This document shows, piece after piece, positions 63,187 to 64,000 of a stretch of DNA of 64,000 nucleotides. The stretch is from contig CP070701.1 in NCBI GenBank assembly GCA_020349885.1, positions 1,270,512 to 1,334,511 of the forward strand, in the 5' to 3' direction. A model generated the notes under the pieces. That model searched no databases, was not told where the DNA came from, and worked only from the letters and a program-made list of their open reading frames with translations. The DNA comes from Acidobacteriota bacterium (GTDB lineage Bacteria; Acidobacteriota; G020349885). The translations under genes and the position numbers were made by a program. Each line of letters begins with the position of its first letter. Position 1 is the first letter of the stretch.

Positions 63187-64000
63187 CTACCTCCTGAAGC
63201 GGCGCTCGAGGGCGTGGAGGAGGAGGGCGATGAGGGAGGGAAGGGCCGCGGCGTGGAGGTAGGCGAGAAGCGGGAATGTGAAGGAGCGGGAGGAGAGTTG
63301 ATTCACCAGCCCGCGGTAGTCCGGCACGCCGCCCACGAGAACTAGAAGAACGAGCCACGCGAGCGGGCGCAGCCAGCTCTCGCCGTAGTCGGAAAGAATC
63401 CCGTAGCACTTGTAGGCGATGAACTTCACGCACGCCGAGACGAGCTCGGGAAGGATCCACGGGCGCCCCCGCTGGGGCTCGTGCCAGTGATACCGCAAAG
63501 AATCCTCCTCCATTCGCATCGCGCCCGTGTGGAAGTCGCCCGCGACGCGGTATTCGCGCGCCGCTTCGTAGTTCTCCGTAAGCTGCCGGTAGGCGCGGGC
63601 GACGGGGGCGGGCTCGCTTTCCTCCCGGTGCTCTTCGTCGAATATGGCGTGCCTGCGGCCGGGAAGGCTCGCCCAGCGCACGTCCCGGAACGAGATCTTT
63701 TCAAGACCGGAAGCGTCGCCCACGAGGGCACGGGAAAAATTCACCTTGTGGAAGAGCACCGTCTCCGGCTTGTCGAAGCGCGCGCCGCGGAAATTCGCGC
63801 TTCCCTCGAAGACGCGTCCGCCGCTCTCGTCCCTGTCCGCTCCCTCGAAGAGGGCGCTTCCCAGGAACGCGGCGCTGGAAAAGCTCGCCTCGTCTCCGAA
63901 CGCGGCGTGAAGGAAGCTCGCCCCGTCTCCGAACGCGGCGCCCGAAAAGCGCGCCATTTTTCCGAACCCGGCGCGGGTAAAGTCCGCCCCGCCCCCGAAC
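63187..64000 (-). CDS. pentapeptide-repeat protein with C-terminal transmembrane segment (N-terminus beyond window)
   Basis: Repeats of the A(D/N)Fxx type (GAAFGDGASFLHAAFGDEASFSSAAF...). The frame stays open upstream of ATG 63957 to nt 64000 (FGGGADFTRAGFGK...). The AREYRVAGDFHTGAMRMEED block and a C-terminal TM follow. Its last 86 nt are the master copy of the island repeats. Confidence 0.75.
   Translation of the reverse strand, partial: FGGGADFTRAGFGKMARFSGAAFGDGASFLHAAFGDEASFSSAAFLGSALFEGADRDESGGRVFEGSANFRGARFDKPETVLFHKVNFSRALVGDASGLEKISFRDVRWASLPGRRHAIFDEEHREESEPAPVARAYRQLTENYEAAREYRVAGDFHTGAMRMEEDSLRYHWHEPQRGRPWILPELVSACVKFIAYKCYGILSDYGESWLRPLAWLVLLVLVGGVPDYRGLVNQLSSRSFTFPLLAYLHAAALPSLIALLLHALERRFRR

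Noticed and set aside
58536-63290. Classical integron (attC-bounded cassettes) as the identity of the island.
   Set aside because: The boundary repeats lack RYYYAAC/GTTRRRY inverted cores, cassette orientation is mixed, and no intI-like gene or attI is visible. The island is therefore reported only as integron-like in organisation.

Overview
High-GC (by eye, not computed) bacterial chromosomal window that is densely coding. The ORF track is dominated by shadow ORFs. I kept only frames with a recognisable protein family, a sensible start (many ATGA/GTGA 4-nt overlaps) and GC-rich third codon positions. In order, the window holds:
- Envelope genes: a membrane protein, a GT2 glycosyltransferase and an MsbA-like ABC exporter.
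- A Cus/Czc-type heavy-metal RND efflux operon: a small Cys-rich ORF, cusC, cusB with a duplicated metal-binding domain and an in-frame stop, cusA, and a tandem YHS/TRASH-like periplasmic protein.
- queE and nifS.
- A ~23 kb run of minus-strand genes: DUF4340, rmuC, guaA, an orphan nuoC coupled to a CcrM-like methyltransferase, dtd, ogt, murJ, and an almost complete aromatic amino-acid supraoperon (trpEGDCFBA-CM-tyrA-aroF-aroA-aroE-[low-GC ORF]-aroC-aroK-aroB-aroQ). The supraoperon is headed by a sigma70-like promoter, a Trp-rich leader peptide and a terminator/antiterminator.
- tsaD, a ferredoxin, a DAACS symporter, a 5-FCL::AMMECR1 fusion, a Fis-type HTH gene, a low-GC CcmH-like gene next to a glutaryl-CoA dehydrogenase remnant, gatCA, a NifS paralogue lacking the PLP lysine, and tonB-exbD-exbD-exbB.
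- A standalone ABC membrane domain and an atypical SDR.
- Two tandem ResB/CcsA cytochrome c maturation pairs (one frameshifted at an A9 run), ccmCD, and an octaheme HAO-like cytochrome.
- A low-GC accessory island cut into cassettes by five direct copies of the 3' end of the flanking pentapeptide-repeat gene. This is my best candidate for something undescribed.

I recognised no rRNA, tRNA, CRISPR array, transposase or integrase. All family calls rest on motif recognition by eye; no searches were run.
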